Assembly: GCA_963663965.2 (NCBI GenBank)
Contig: CAXXFK010000030.1
Coordinates: 192,001 to 256,000 of the forward strand
Origin: Sedimentisphaerales bacterium
GTDB taxonomy: Bacteria > Planctomycetota > Phycisphaerae > Sedimentisphaerales > SM23-30
Direction: 5' to 3'
Length of the DNA stretch: 64,000 bases
Of this stretch, positions 48,537 through 58,628 are shown piece after piece. Under the pieces are notes generated by a model. The model saw nothing but the letters and a program-made list of their open reading frames with translations. It was not told where the DNA came from and ran no database searches. A program made the position numbers and the translations under genes. The first letter of the stretch is position 1; every line of letters starts with the position of its first letter.

Positions 48537-49076
48537 TTAATCAAGCTTACTGGCAACATCTTCCGGCCGGGGAATATTCAGAATCCAGCCGACTTCGAGC
48601 CGGTCCGCCTCGCCGATCACTTGTTTGTTGGCATCGTAAATGACTTTCCAGTAGCGGCCATTGCCTTCGCCGTAGTATTGTTCGGCGATCTGATAGAGGC
48701 TGTCGCCCCGTTTGACAACATAATACCAGGGTTCAGTATTGACCGGTTCGGTTTTAACCGGGACTACCGGTTTAACCACCGGCTCTGGTGTCACCAACGG
48801 TTCGGGTTGGGGTTCTGGCTTGGGTTCCGGTTCAGGTTGGGGCTCTGGTTTGGGAGTGATTTCCGGTTTGGGCTCAACTGGTTTGGGATTGACCGGTGGT
48901 TGAGAATTAACGATCGGTTTTGGGCCGTCCGGATCCGGCGAGGGTTTGGATGGTTCGATGGTTTTGGTATCTTCTGTTCCAGGGGCGGAATTGTTATCCC
49001 GGGTGGCAACGTAAATAATCGCGCCAGTTACAATCAAGACACCTACCAGAATGCCCACTTTTACATCGGTCCGCAT
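48537..49076 (-). CDS. LysM peptidoglycan-binding membrane protein
   Basis: TM helix, Pro/Glu linker, YVVKRGDSL.QIA..YYG....W..IY.AN.......L.VG..L.IP. Confidence 0.92.
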   Translation of the reverse strand: MRTDVKVGILVGVLIVTGAIIYVATRDNNSAPGTEDTKTIEPSKPSPDPDGPKPIVNSQPPVNPKPVEPKPEITPKPEPQPEPEPKPEPQPEPLVTPEPVVKPVVPVKTEPVNTEPWYYVVKRGDSLYQIAEQYYGEGNGRYWKVIYDANKQVIGEADRLEVGWILNIPRPEDVASKLD

Positions 49077-49230
49077 AACGCACCTCGCTCACTAACGATT
49101 GATTTAAATCAGTTTATCTTCAAGCGGATGTTTAACCATCCGTTTGAAAAACCTTAAATGGTTCTCCTCGCATGCCTTTCGTTATACATCATAGCTCAAG
49201 ATATAGAGGCATGCAACAAGATTGCAGACG

Positions 49231-49260
49231 AAAAAAAAGGCCCGGGAAATTCCCGGGCCT
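49231..49260 (-). terminator. Terminator of secDF
   Basis: AGGCCCGGGAA...TTCCCGGGCCT with a T8 run on the minus strand. Confidence 0.85.
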
Positions 49261-49291
49261 GTAAAGAGCATTCAGATGGCCTGACAGCTTA

Positions 49292-52200
49292 TCAGGCCGG
49301 TTCGGTTTCGGCAGCCGGTTCATCCTTGGCGCCGTACAACAGGGGCGACGCAATCGCCACCGTTGAGTAGGTACCGGAAATAATACCGATCAGCAAGACG
49401 TAGTTAAAGCCGCGTAAGCCGTCTCCGCCAGCAACGTACATTACCAGGACCACAATCAAGGTGGTCAGAGAGGTCAGGATGGTACGTGACAGGGTCTGGT
49501 TGATACTGTTATTGATAATCTTTTTGGACAGCACGATCTGTTTGCCGCGATTTTCACGGATTCGGTCGAAGATAACAATGGTATCGTTCAATGAATAACC
49601 GATAATCGTCAGGAAACCGGCGATCATAGGCAGGTCGATCTTAAAGTCACTGATGAGCAGCGCTTCACCGCCGTGACCGGCCAGCCAGCGGGAGGCTGAT
49701 ACCATGCCCACTGAAACAATCACGTCGTGTATCAGAGCGACAACCGCCGCGATACCGAATCGGATATTGCCAAAACGTACCCAGACGTAAACGATAATTG
49801 CCAGCAATGAGAACACAATGGCGCGGGCGGCGGCCAACATGGCTTTCATACCAACCGAAGGATCGATCTGGGTCATACGGTCAAAGGATGCTTTCTGAGA
49901 GAGCGCCGCGACAAAACGGGCTTGCACATCACCCTGGTATTCATTCCACTGGGATTCCTCGGCAGCGGTATACAGAATCGATTTGTTGGTCATGGCCAGT
50001 TCAACCGTATTAACCGGGGTGGTCAAGGTGTCTTTGCCCTGGCCGTTGCTGAAGAGCGCGTAGTCGCCAAAATATTTGAACTGATCGAATGTGGAGTCGG
50101 TACGGGTTTTTTCCAACCGTCCGTCGATGCGTTCCAGCGTTTCCGTCTTGCCTTCACCCAGTGTGGCGCTAACCAGAACACCGTTCTTGAATGGAGCGAG
50201 GTAAGGTTTGTTTTGGAGCAATTCTTCATTGATGGGTTGGGCGGTCACATTTTGCGGTTCCAGGCTGTCGATGATATTCAGTTTGCCGGCCAGCGCTTCT
50301 TTGACGGCATCGCCCACGATTTCGCGGGTTTCCCAGCCAAGTACGGCATCCGGGACGATGGCGCCCATCAGGCGTTCGATCCGGTTGCGGTTGGTTTGAT
50401 CGGTGACCATGATCAGGGTTCCCGCCTGGCTGCCGGGGGTGACAGTGGATTGCAAGAGGCGGCGATCTTTCAGTTTGCCGGCCTCGGTTTTGACGGCTGC
50501 CAGGAATGCATCGGCGGTCATGGCTTTATCCTGTGGCAGATGGACCGTTACTTCCTGACGGTTCGTTTCGGTCGTGACAATGGAAAAACGCAATTCTTCG
50601 GGTTTGCCCACACTCTGGACACGGGACGCCGCCAGTTGGGCGTTTTCACCGGCGATCGCTTTGATCCGGCTTTCGATTTTTTCCCGTATGGTCGTACCGG
50701 CAATCGCCGAATCGTTCTTCAAGCTATCGGCGCCTGCCTGGGTCAATTGAACATGGACTTCGGTACCGCCAGTGAATTCAATGGAGTACAGCGGATTGAT
50801 TTGGTTGGCGTTGCCTTTAACAAACGCGATCAGGCACAAGCCGCATAAGACAATGGAGATGCCCCAGAATACCGTGCGTTTGCCCAGCCAGTCAAAATTG
50901 GCATTTTTGATAAACTGCATCATGGACAGTTTGTCGCGCAGCAGGTTCTTCTCGTGCATGAAATCGAAGATCATGCGGGTGACAAACAAGGCGGTAAACA
51001 TACTGGAGACAATACCGATCATTAACGCCAGCGCGAAGCCTTTGACTTCTTCGGAGGCAGCGGCGTAAAGGATCAGGGCGACGATAAAGGTGGTGACGTT
51101 GGCGTCGAAGATGGTCCAGAACGCCCGGCTGTAACCATTCTGGATGGCGACCCACAGGGAACAGCCGCGTTCACGCTCTTCGCGAATACGTTCGAAAATG
51201 AGTACGTTGGCATCCACGGCCATACCGATGGTCAGGATCAACGCCGCGATACCGGGCATGGTAAAGGTGGCGCCGGAGAATCCCATAACGCCAATGATAA
51301 TCACCATGTTCATCAACAGGGCCAGATCGGCCAGGGCGCCGGCAAAGCTGTAATAAACAAGCATAAACAACACAACCAGCACCAGGCCGATGATCCCGGC
51401 CACCATACCGGCGTGCAGATTGTCGCGGCCCAGGGTCGGACCAATGATATTTTCGCTGATCGGCTGATCGCCCAGACGTGCCGGCAACGATCCGGCATTG
51501 AGTTTGTCGACCATATCCAGCACCTGCTGCTGGCTGAAGCGACCGGTGATAATGCCGCTGCTGCTGATGGCTGATTGAATGTTGGGGCCGGTAATGGCTT
51601 CATCATCCAGCATGATACAAAGCGGACGCTGGAGATTGTCTTTGGTCAGACGGTAGAACCGGTCGGCGCCCAGGGCATTAAAACTGAAGGAAACCGCGGG
51701 ACTGCCATATTGGTCCTGCCAGGGTTTGGCTTCGGTCAGTTTCCAGACTTTTTCGCCGGGTTCGTGCAACAGGGTTTCTTCCGGTTTGTTACTGCAAAGG
51801 ATGTATTGTTCATCCGCAAAGGTTCCGCGAATCCCCGCGGCGTTGAAATCCTGCGGTTCGCGAATTTTCTTCCAGACGTAATTGGCGGTGCTGGCGCCGA
51901 TCGGGCCTTTGCGTTCCAGGTCTTCGGTATATTTGTTGACACTGCCTTCCAGGTCCGTTTCGGAACCTGACGGTAAAATGCGGAACTCCAGTACGCCGCT
52001 ACCACGCAGCAACCGCTTGAGATCTTCGGTATCATCCAGTCGGCCGGAGACTTTGGCATACGCGTCATAGGCAACCACCACTTTATCGATCAGGGTGTCG
52101 ATGTTGTCAGGGTTGGCTTCCTTGATGGCATTCAGTTCTTCGGTACGGGTATTGCCGCCAATGGCCAGATATTTTTTCAACCGCGCCATGTCGATATTGA

Positions 52201-52996
52201 CGGTCAGCAGGTCACTCCAGGATTTTTCCAGGGTATTGACCAGACCCTCATCCCCGGCGATATCGTTACGGATGGACGAAAGTTCGCGCCGGATTTCGAC
52301 ATACTTGCGGGCGGCCGCCTGTTTTTCGGGATCGTCTTTGCCCGCCAGGCTTTCGATGCGGGCGACCTGGTTGGGTTCATCGAGGGTTGCCCAGTCGCGC
52401 GCCAGAAAATCCAGACTGCGAATACGAGCGTCCAGTTCTTTTTCTTTCAGAACGGCAACCGCGGCTTCCAGTTCGGTACCGGTTTTTTCCAGTTGCTCGC
52501 GCGCGGCATTGACGGCGTCATTGTCGGCAGCGAGTTGTTCCAGTTTGGCCAGGCGGTCCTGATTGTTTTCGCCGGCGATGCGTTTAAGACCGGCTTCGCG
52601 GGCTTCGCCGGTCAGGTTTAAAACCGCTTGCACTGCAGGACGGGTCAGGTTGTAGCTTTCGAGCTCTTCCAGCGCATCCCGGTAGGCCGTTCGTTTCGCC
52701 CGGGTTTCCTGATCGGCCAGCGGCATCTGGATTTCGATATAGTCGGTGCCATGCGGACGCCAGATCAGATTGCGTTTGCTGCCCGGGTCGATACGGCGTT
52801 GCAGGATGCGGATCATATCAGTCGCAACCGTCTGTTTTTGTGTTTCCGGCATTCCTTCCGTATTGATCTGGTAAAGCAAGCTGGCGCCGCCGGCCAGGTC
52901 GATACCGGGTTTGAGCTTCTGCTTGGGAGGATAAATATGCCAGATGCATAAAACCATCAATAAAATCACAATGATAAATTTTGTCTTTTTATTCAT
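49292..52996 (-). CDS. secDF: Protein translocase subunit SecDF (fused, enlarged periplasmic domains)
   Basis: GIDLAGG, IGPTLG, GMAVDANVLIFERIREE, IEFTGGT, GYSLNDTIVIFDRIREN, SINQTLSRT.LTS. Confidence 0.95.
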   Translation of the reverse strand: MNKKTKFIIVILLMVLCIWHIYPPKQKLKPGIDLAGGASLLYQINTEGMPETQKQTVATDMIRILQRRIDPGSKRNLIWRPHGTDYIEIQMPLADQETRAKRTAYRDALEELESYNLTRPAVQAVLNLTGEAREAGLKRIAGENNQDRLAKLEQLAADNDAVNAAREQLEKTGTELEAAVAVLKEKELDARIRSLDFLARDWATLDEPNQVARIESLAGKDDPEKQAAARKYVEIRRELSSIRNDIAGDEGLVNTLEKSWSDLLTVNIDMARLKKYLAIGGNTRTEELNAIKEANPDNIDTLIDKVVVAYDAYAKVSGRLDDTEDLKRLLRGSGVLEFRILPSGSETDLEGSVNKYTEDLERKGPIGASTANYVWKKIREPQDFNAAGIRGTFADEQYILCSNKPEETLLHEPGEKVWKLTEAKPWQDQYGSPAVSFSFNALGADRFYRLTKDNLQRPLCIMLDDEAITGPNIQSAISSSGIITGRFSQQQVLDMVDKLNAGSLPARLGDQPISENIIGPTLGRDNLHAGMVAGIIGLVLVVLFMLVYYSFAGALADLALLMNMVIIIGVMGFSGATFTMPGIAALILTIGMAVDANVLIFERIREERERGCSLWVAIQNGYSRAFWTIFDANVTTFIVALILYAAASEEVKGFALALMIGIVSSMFTALFVTRMIFDFMHEKNLLRDKLSMMQFIKNANFDWLGKRTVFWGISIVLCGLCLIAFVKGNANQINPLYSIEFTGGTEVHVQLTQAGADSLKNDSAIAGTTIREKIESRIKAIAGENAQLAASRVQSVGKPEELRFSIVTTETNRQEVTVHLPQDKAMTADAFLAAVKTEAGKLKDRRLLQSTVTPGSQAGTLIMVTDQTNRNRIERLMGAIVPDAVLGWETREIVGDAVKEALAGKLNIIDSLEPQNVTAQPINEELLQNKPYLAPFKNGVLVSATLGEGKTETLERIDGRLEKTRTDSTFDQFKYFGDYALFSNGQGKDTLTTPVNTVELAMTNKSILYTAAEESQWNEYQGDVQARFVAALSQKASFDRMTQIDPSVGMKAMLAAARAIVFSLLAIIVYVWVRFGNIRFGIAAVVALIHDVIVSVGMVSASRWLAGHGGEALLISDFKIDLPMIAGFLTIIGYSLNDTIVIFDRIRENRGKQIVLSKKIINNSINQTLSRTILTSLTTLIVVLVMYVAGGDGLRGFNYVLLIGIISGTYSTVAIASPLLYGAKDEPAAETEPA

Positions 52997-53081
52997 ACAA
53001 CGCCTTTAATAACATAAGTACTAAACTGACACCAAGTCTTTATAGTTTCGTCCTTTATAACCCTTGACTTGAATATTTCAT

Positions 53082-53576
53082 TTATGACTTCGAATCCTTC
53101 TGGTCATCCGTGATTACCGTAGCGATCGCATTTCGTACGAAGGTCATCTTGGTATTATTCGATTCATCCACTTTTACGACCACTTCATTTTCGTTGACCT
53201 CAACCACTTTCCCGATGATACCACCGATCGTACGGATTTTCTGGCCGCGTTTGAGGTTTTCCATCATTTGTTTGAGTTCCTTTTGGCGCTTCTGGGGCCC
53301 CCGGAACATGAAAAAGTAAATCACGACCAACATCAGGCCCATGATTAACAGCTGATGCTGCCATGGGTTGGTGGTTTGGTGTTCAGGGGTACCCTGCGGC
53401 GGGTTACCGGTGGGATCCCCTTTGCTGTCCAGTGAGACAGGCATCTGCTGGTTGCTATTGTCTGAATTGGCATTTCCGGTCGCACTTCCATCGGTTGTGA
53501 CAACATCGCCTGAAGTTGTACCCGGGGCGGCTTCCGTCTGGGCCAGCAGGCACGCCATGTTGATAATGTATGCCAT
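53082..53576 (-). CDS. yajC: Preprotein translocase subunit YajC
   Basis: YFFMFRGPQKRQK...M...LK.G.KI.TIGGI.G.V; upstream of secDF; ATG 53576 with AAGGA RBS. Confidence 0.9.
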   Translation of the reverse strand: MAYIINMACLLAQTEAAPGTTSGDVVTTDGSATGNANSDNSNQQMPVSLDSKGDPTGNPPQGTPEHQTTNPWQHQLLIMGLMLVVIYFFMFRGPQKRQKELKQMMENLKRGQKIRTIGGIIGKVVEVNENEVVVKVDESNNTKMTFVRNAIATVITDDQKDSKS

Positions 53577-54064
53577 AATACATCCTTTCTGGTTCCGATA
53601 ACTGTCTCGATCATGTGAGACCAAAATTCCTGATAAAAACAAGCCGGGTATTATAACCTCTATTCTCCGGTGAAACCACAATTTTTTCCTGTATCCGTGT
53701 TAAACCAGTGAAAATTGATAATAAACAGAAGTATAACGCATACATCAGAATAGACGGTAACGTTCTGGTCAAGAGTTGAGGTTTGAAAATGATTCGGGAT
53801 GGGGTTCGTTTAGAATGGGTGTTCCGCTTTGTTGGGCGTATTCATAAGGACCGCATAGAAAGGTCCGATAATGACATAATCAGGGTTTTATTGTCAGACT
53901 GATTTGGATAGCGAAATACACCAGCGAATGGATGGGGATAAGTTCTGATCGGTGAAGATGGGGTAGGCAAAGGATCCGCTTGGGGTCAACTGTTTTTAAG
54001 TGTTTATTAATTAAATAATTACACAATATAATGGTTGAGTCAGTCAGAATGGGACAGGAAATAT

Positions 54065-54098
54065 AAAAGGAAACAGACCGGCTAGCCGGTCTGTTTCC
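54065..54098 (-). terminator. Perfect 30-bp palindrome, likely terminator downstream of the sigma gene
   Basis: GGAAACAGACCGGCTAGCCGGTCTGTTTCC (54069-54098) with TTTT on the minus strand. Confidence 0.6.
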
Positions 54099-54266
54099 AG
54101 TTCAAAACGAGAACATTAAGGAGTTTTGCAAATGGGGCCTTCCTGAGGAGGGAAGGAGATTTACAAGTGTGTGTCTGTTATGCGTAATGTCTGTTTTTCG
54201 TAATAAGTTTCTCGCAGAAAACCAATGTCATTTTTGTTGTCTTCACTTGTCATAATATTATAGCAT

Positions 54267-55154
54267 TCAAACTGACAAAAGACGTTCTTCGGCAACAGAT
54301 TTTAATTTTGACAAGGCAGAATTTTGAATCTGGCGGATTCTTTCTTTGGTCAATCCGAGGGTTTCGCCTACGCTTTTCAGGGTCATGGGCTTGCTATACT
54401 GATCGCCAAGGGAGAAGCGCATTTTGACCACAGATTTTTCTAACTCGTTTAAATCTGCAAGGTTGCGTTGCATAATGATGTCGACTTCATGGGCCAGGTC
54501 TTCCTGGTGTTCCACCCGGTTGTGCTCGTTGAGGTCGGGCCGTTCCATGGCCGGATCAAGTTGAGCGGGAAACCGGGTATGGTAATTGTAAAATTGTTTC
54601 GCGGCGCGAGAAAATCCTTTCATAATTGCGCGGCAGGCATACGTGCTGAATTTGAAACCCTTGGTGAAATCAAATTTTTCCACCGAACGCAGTAATGCCA
54701 TGCTGCCTTCGCTGACCAGGTCGGTGAATTCCACGCCAGGATATTTAATTTTCTGGGCCAGTGAGAGGACCAGTCCCATGTTACTGGTGACTATCTGGCT
54801 GCGGCAATTCAATTGACGCTGATTGAGAGCCAATAATTCCCGGACATCTTCCATGTCCCAGTTGGCCAGACGTAACAGTTTGCGTCGAACCAGGCACATG
54901 CGATGGCGGGAGTAATTCATCTGGGCGAAGAGCGTGACTTCCTGATCTTTTTTCAGGGCTTTACCCGGGGTAATGATCACTTCCTGTTGCAAAATGGCAT
55001 TCATGATAGACGGACGATTAAAATTGTCGCCGGGTATATAGGCAATGGCTTCAACCATCAGTTTATCGAGAATATGTTTTTCGGGAGTGCTTAACGGCAG
55101 GCTTTGAATTTTATCTTCAAATCGAGAACTCTGAATGGGCTCTTGAGATTTCAT
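54267..55154 (-). CDS. Sigma-70 family RNA polymerase sigma factor (regions 2 and 4)
   Basis: NMGLVLS.A, DLVSEG...L.RSVEKFD..KGFKFSTYA, TL..VG..LGLTKERIRQIQ..AL.KL. Confidence 0.92.
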   Translation of the reverse strand: MKSQEPIQSSRFEDKIQSLPLSTPEKHILDKLMVEAIAYIPGDNFNRPSIMNAILQQEVIITPGKALKKDQEVTLFAQMNYSRHRMCLVRRKLLRLANWDMEDVRELLALNQRQLNCRSQIVTSNMGLVLSLAQKIKYPGVEFTDLVSEGSMALLRSVEKFDFTKGFKFSTYACRAIMKGFSRAAKQFYNYHTRFPAQLDPAMERPDLNEHNRVEHQEDLAHEVDIIMQRNLADLNELEKSVVKMRFSLGDQYSKPMTLKSVGETLGLTKERIRQIQNSALSKLKSVAEERLLSV

Positions 55155-55220
55155 GATTTTTGCCTCCTGGGGATAAATGTCATTAATGTTCTCAAGCTAA
55201 TACACACTTAGTAGCTAATA

Positions 55221-55237
55221 AGCAACACTTATGCCAG
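55221..55237 (-). promoter_or_regulatory. Sigma-54 (-24/-12) promoter of the sigma-70 gene
   Basis: CTGGCATAAGTGTTGCT matches TGGCAC-N5-TTGCW; 67 nt upstream of the ATG. Confidence 0.7.
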
Positions 55238-55599
55238 AGAGGCGGCTGTGAATTAAATATTTATAACCGATTTATTTATAATAAGATATGGAATTAAATT
55301 AATAAGGGATTTCGAGAGAGGTGTCTCATTTAAAAATATCAAAGGGAGACACTGGAAAGGCCCATCCTTATTATAAACCCGAAAAACAGTCAATTGCGCT
55401 GTGTATCATTATTCATGTGATACACCGGATAGGAGTCAGATGTCAATAAGTCTTGTTTTTAAATGATATTACAATGTTAAACCTGAATAAACCATCTCTC
55501 TTCAAGAATTCATTACGGGCGTATCACTTAATTGTTGTGTTAGATGATACACATCATGATTTCCTGAACCGGGATCTCACGTTTTCTACTATAATTATA

Positions 55600-56436
55600 T
55601 CACTGCCGAACCAAAAAATAACAATCGCGGCATTTTTTTAATAAATTTTCCATTTGATCCATCGGCAGCATGCAGGCGGCATCGCTGAGGGCATTTTGAG
55701 GTTGAGGATGTGTTTCGATAAACAGCCCGTCCGCACCTGCGGCGACGGCCGCCAAAGCCAGGATACCAGCCATATCGGGAGCGCCGCCTGAGGCATTGCC
55801 CAGTCCGCCGGGTTGCTGGGTTGAATGGGTGGCATCCATTACCACGGGATATCCGGTCCGGCGCATCACCTCAATACCGGTCATATCACAGACTAATCGA
55901 TTGTACCCGAATGATGTCCCCCGTTCGACCAGTATAATATTGTCATTCCCGGTTTCTTTAATTTTATTGATAATGTTGGTCATATCCCAGGGGGCGGCAA
56001 ACTGGGCTTTCTTGACCTGGACACATTTTCCGGTTCTTCCGGCGGCCTGTACCAGATCGGTCTGGCGAGACAAAAAAGCCGGGATTTGCAATACATCGAC
56101 CACCTGGCCACAGGGTTGGGCTTGTTCGGGCCAGTGGATATCGGTGACGATCGGGACATTAAAACGTTGTCTGATATCTGACAGTATTTTCAAGCCTTCC
56201 TCCAGGCCGGGACCACGAAAACTGGCCCCGCTGGAACGATTGGCTTTATCGAAACTGGCTTTAAACAGGTATCCAATCTGCAATCGTTCGCAGAGGGTGG
56301 TCAGAAATTCCGCGATTTTCATGCATAGATCTCTGTTTTCAATCACGCAAGGTCCGGCGATCACCGTAAAATTCGATTCTCCGCCGATGATCGCCTGTTT
56401 GATCGTCTCGCTTCCAAGGGTAACGGCTTTTGTCAT
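55600..56436 (-). CDS. kdsA: 3-deoxy-8-phosphooctulonate synthase
   Basis: IAGPCVIE, KASFDKANRSS, QIPAFL.RQTDL, ERG.SFGY, DATHS.Q.PG, ETHP.P..A.SD. Confidence 0.97.
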   Translation of the reverse strand: MTKAVTLGSETIKQAIIGGESNFTVIAGPCVIENRDLCMKIAEFLTTLCERLQIGYLFKASFDKANRSSGASFRGPGLEEGLKILSDIRQRFNVPIVTDIHWPEQAQPCGQVVDVLQIPAFLSRQTDLVQAAGRTGKCVQVKKAQFAAPWDMTNIINKIKETGNDNIILVERGTSFGYNRLVCDMTGIEVMRRTGYPVVMDATHSTQQPGGLGNASGGAPDMAGILALAAVAAGADGLFIETHPQPQNALSDAACMLPMDQMENLLKKCRDCYFLVRQ

Positions 56437-56747
56437 ATCGATCCTGTCTGCTTATGAGATTCAAAAGGTTATTTATTACTATTCCACCGATAAAACGACT
56501 GATCATCACCTGAATTCCCTGATATACGAAAGAGATAGATGATAAAAAGATCAGTCAGCGGTCTTTTTTATTAATGAAACCCGGATATATTCAATCCAGG
56601 TTTTTCTGGCAATGATGTAAAAGATCATAATCGACCAGAGCAATTCATGCAATTATACCTTGATAAAATGTTTTTTTATTGTCAGGTGACATTCGGATTG
56701 TTAAATTGAAGCGAATTATTAGGTTATTGTTATGTGGAGGTTTGCAC

Positions 56748-56921
56748 ATGGATCTTGGTTTTGAAGATAAAGTGATAGCGGCAGCATACCTGCTGTGTTT
56801 GTTAAGTTGTTTATTGTGCGTTATTTATGGTGCATTGCGCTGGAATACCGGTGATGAGGCGGCTACTGGAGAAGATGTCCAGTGGGCTTCGGAAGAAAAG
56901 AAAATTGAAGATGAGTTCTGA
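56748..56921 (+). CDS. Symporter small accessory protein-like
   Basis: GGAGG RBS; M.LG.ED..I..AYLLCLLS.LLCVIYG...WN and acidic W..EE tail. Confidence 0.7.
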   Translation: MDLGFEDKVIAAAYLLCLLSCLLCVIYGALRWNTGDEAATGEDVQWASEEKKIEDEF

Positions 56922-57188
56922 CGCGTCACTGAAGAATTCCGGTCTTCAGCAGGGATAAATTGCTTATTACTATTGAAATCAGGCCTGATTGAATAAATTG
57001 AAGTGAAAGTCAGGCAATTTTTTTATAGTTTTTCACCGTTTAACCGATAACAATTCGGCGCAGGCTTAATATTTTTGATTTTTTACGACCATTGTTTTTG
57101 ACACTGATAATAGTATGAGTCGCTCAAAAGTAGGAGCGAAATCGATTAGTGGTATATACTTTTTTGGTTTTTTGATGGAGGCACAACT

Positions 57189-58568
57189 ATGAAAACCAGA
57201 ACCTTTATGGCGGCTATCGTCCTGTTGATGGTAGCATTTTGGGTCCTGCCGGCGGTCGCGCAGGAAGACAACCGCTTTACCAAAGCCCGGGTTGACGAAA
57301 TTAAGAATCCGGTTCCCTGGCTCCACTGGGGATTCGATCAACGCATCCGGGAAGTTTACGCTGAAAACATTATCACTCCCAATGACGATATCGATCCGAT
57401 CGATCGCTGGCATTTTGGCCGTTATCGTTCCCGTTTGTGGAGTCAGTTTGATCTGGCGGAAGGCGTACAGCTGGACACCCGGTTAATGTGGGAATGGCGT
57501 TACTGGGACGGTCCTGACCGGGGTGTTCGGGATCAGAACGTTAATTTTGATGAAGTCATGTTCGACCATTTAAATGTGAAATTCAGCAATGCCTTTGGCG
57601 CCCCGCTGGATATCACGGTCGGTCGTCAGGATATTATCCTGGGTAACGGCTGGCTGGTCCTGGATGGGACTCCGATGGATGGATCGCGGACGATCTTCTT
57701 CGATGCCGCCCGTTTTACCTACAAACTGGAAGACGCCCAAACGAATGTCGATTTGATCTATCTGGAGATGCGTCCGGAAGCCGATCAGACCATCAAGCCC
57801 TTCAACGATCGTAATCGCGTTGACGGTCTGACCCAGCAGGAAGAACGCGGCGTTATTTTGAATGTAGCCAACAAATCGCTGGTTCCCAACGCCACCCTGG
57901 AAGGTTTCTTCATGTGGAAGAACGATGTTCCGGATGATGATATTGCGTTATCCAACGATGGCGATATCTACACCGTGGGCGCCCGGATTGACGGCGCGTT
58001 CGATGACAACTGGAAATATCGCGGCGAAGGCGCCATTCAGTTAGGCGATAAAAACTACCAGAGTATTTGTGCCCAGGGCGCCAATACCCGGTTGAGCTAT
58101 TGCTTTAACGACAGCTATGCCACCAAACTGCATTGCGGTTATGAATATCTATCCGGCGATGAAAACTCCAGCGGCAATCGCACCGAGCAATTCGATCCGC
58201 TGTGGGGCCGCTGGCCGCAATGGAGCGAGTTGTATGTTTACACCTACGCCTCGGAAACCCGGATTGGGGAAACCACCAACCTGCATCGCTGGTTTGTAGG
58301 TGGCGAATTCCAACCGTGTACGCCGATCAAACTGTCCGCGAACTACCATCTGCTCTTTGCCGACGAAACCCCGATGGAAAACACCGTCGCCTTTAATGAC
58401 GGTCACAAATACCGCGGTCAACTGGCCAATGTCAATATGGGATACAAAATCAATGATTACTGGTCCGGCCATCTGCTGGGCGAATTCTTCATCCCGGGCA
58501 ATTATTATGAACGCGATTACCGTGATGAAGCGATGTTCCTGCGGGCCGAATTGATGTTAACGTTCTAA
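57189..58568 (+). CDS. Alginate-export family outer-membrane beta-barrel
   Basis: Signal peptide; GRQDI.LG.GWLV.DG, FD..R, SGD......FDPL.G, terminal Phe. Confidence 0.8.
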   Translation: MKTRTFMAAIVLLMVAFWVLPAVAQEDNRFTKARVDEIKNPVPWLHWGFDQRIREVYAENIITPNDDIDPIDRWHFGRYRSRLWSQFDLAEGVQLDTRLMWEWRYWDGPDRGVRDQNVNFDEVMFDHLNVKFSNAFGAPLDITVGRQDIILGNGWLVLDGTPMDGSRTIFFDAARFTYKLEDAQTNVDLIYLEMRPEADQTIKPFNDRNRVDGLTQQEERGVILNVANKSLVPNATLEGFFMWKNDVPDDDIALSNDGDIYTVGARIDGAFDDNWKYRGEGAIQLGDKNYQSICAQGANTRLSYCFNDSYATKLHCGYEYLSGDENSSGNRTEQFDPLWGRWPQWSELYVYTYASETRIGETTNLHRWFVGGEFQPCTPIKLSANYHLLFADETPMENTVAFNDGHKYRGQLANVNMGYKINDYWSGHLLGEFFIPGNYYERDYRDEAMFLRAELMLTF

Positions 58569-58596
58569 TCCGAGATCCGGTAAGTCTGTGATTGTT

Positions 58597-58628
58597 AAGA
58601 GATGGGCATTTCGCTCATCTCTTTTTTT
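58597..58628 (+). terminator. Terminator of the porin gene
   Basis: AAGAGATG...CATCTCTTTTTTT. Confidence 0.8.

Noticed and set aside
16090..53880. Identical 13-mer ATAATGACATAAT at 16090 and 53868 as att sites
   Set aside because: AT-rich 13-mer matches are expected by chance in 64 kb, and the interval includes core genes.
24895..57053. Sigma-28 promoters from scattered CCGATAA motifs (e.g. near 24903, 48246, 57046)
   Set aside because: No correctly spaced TAAA -35 element could be confirmed.
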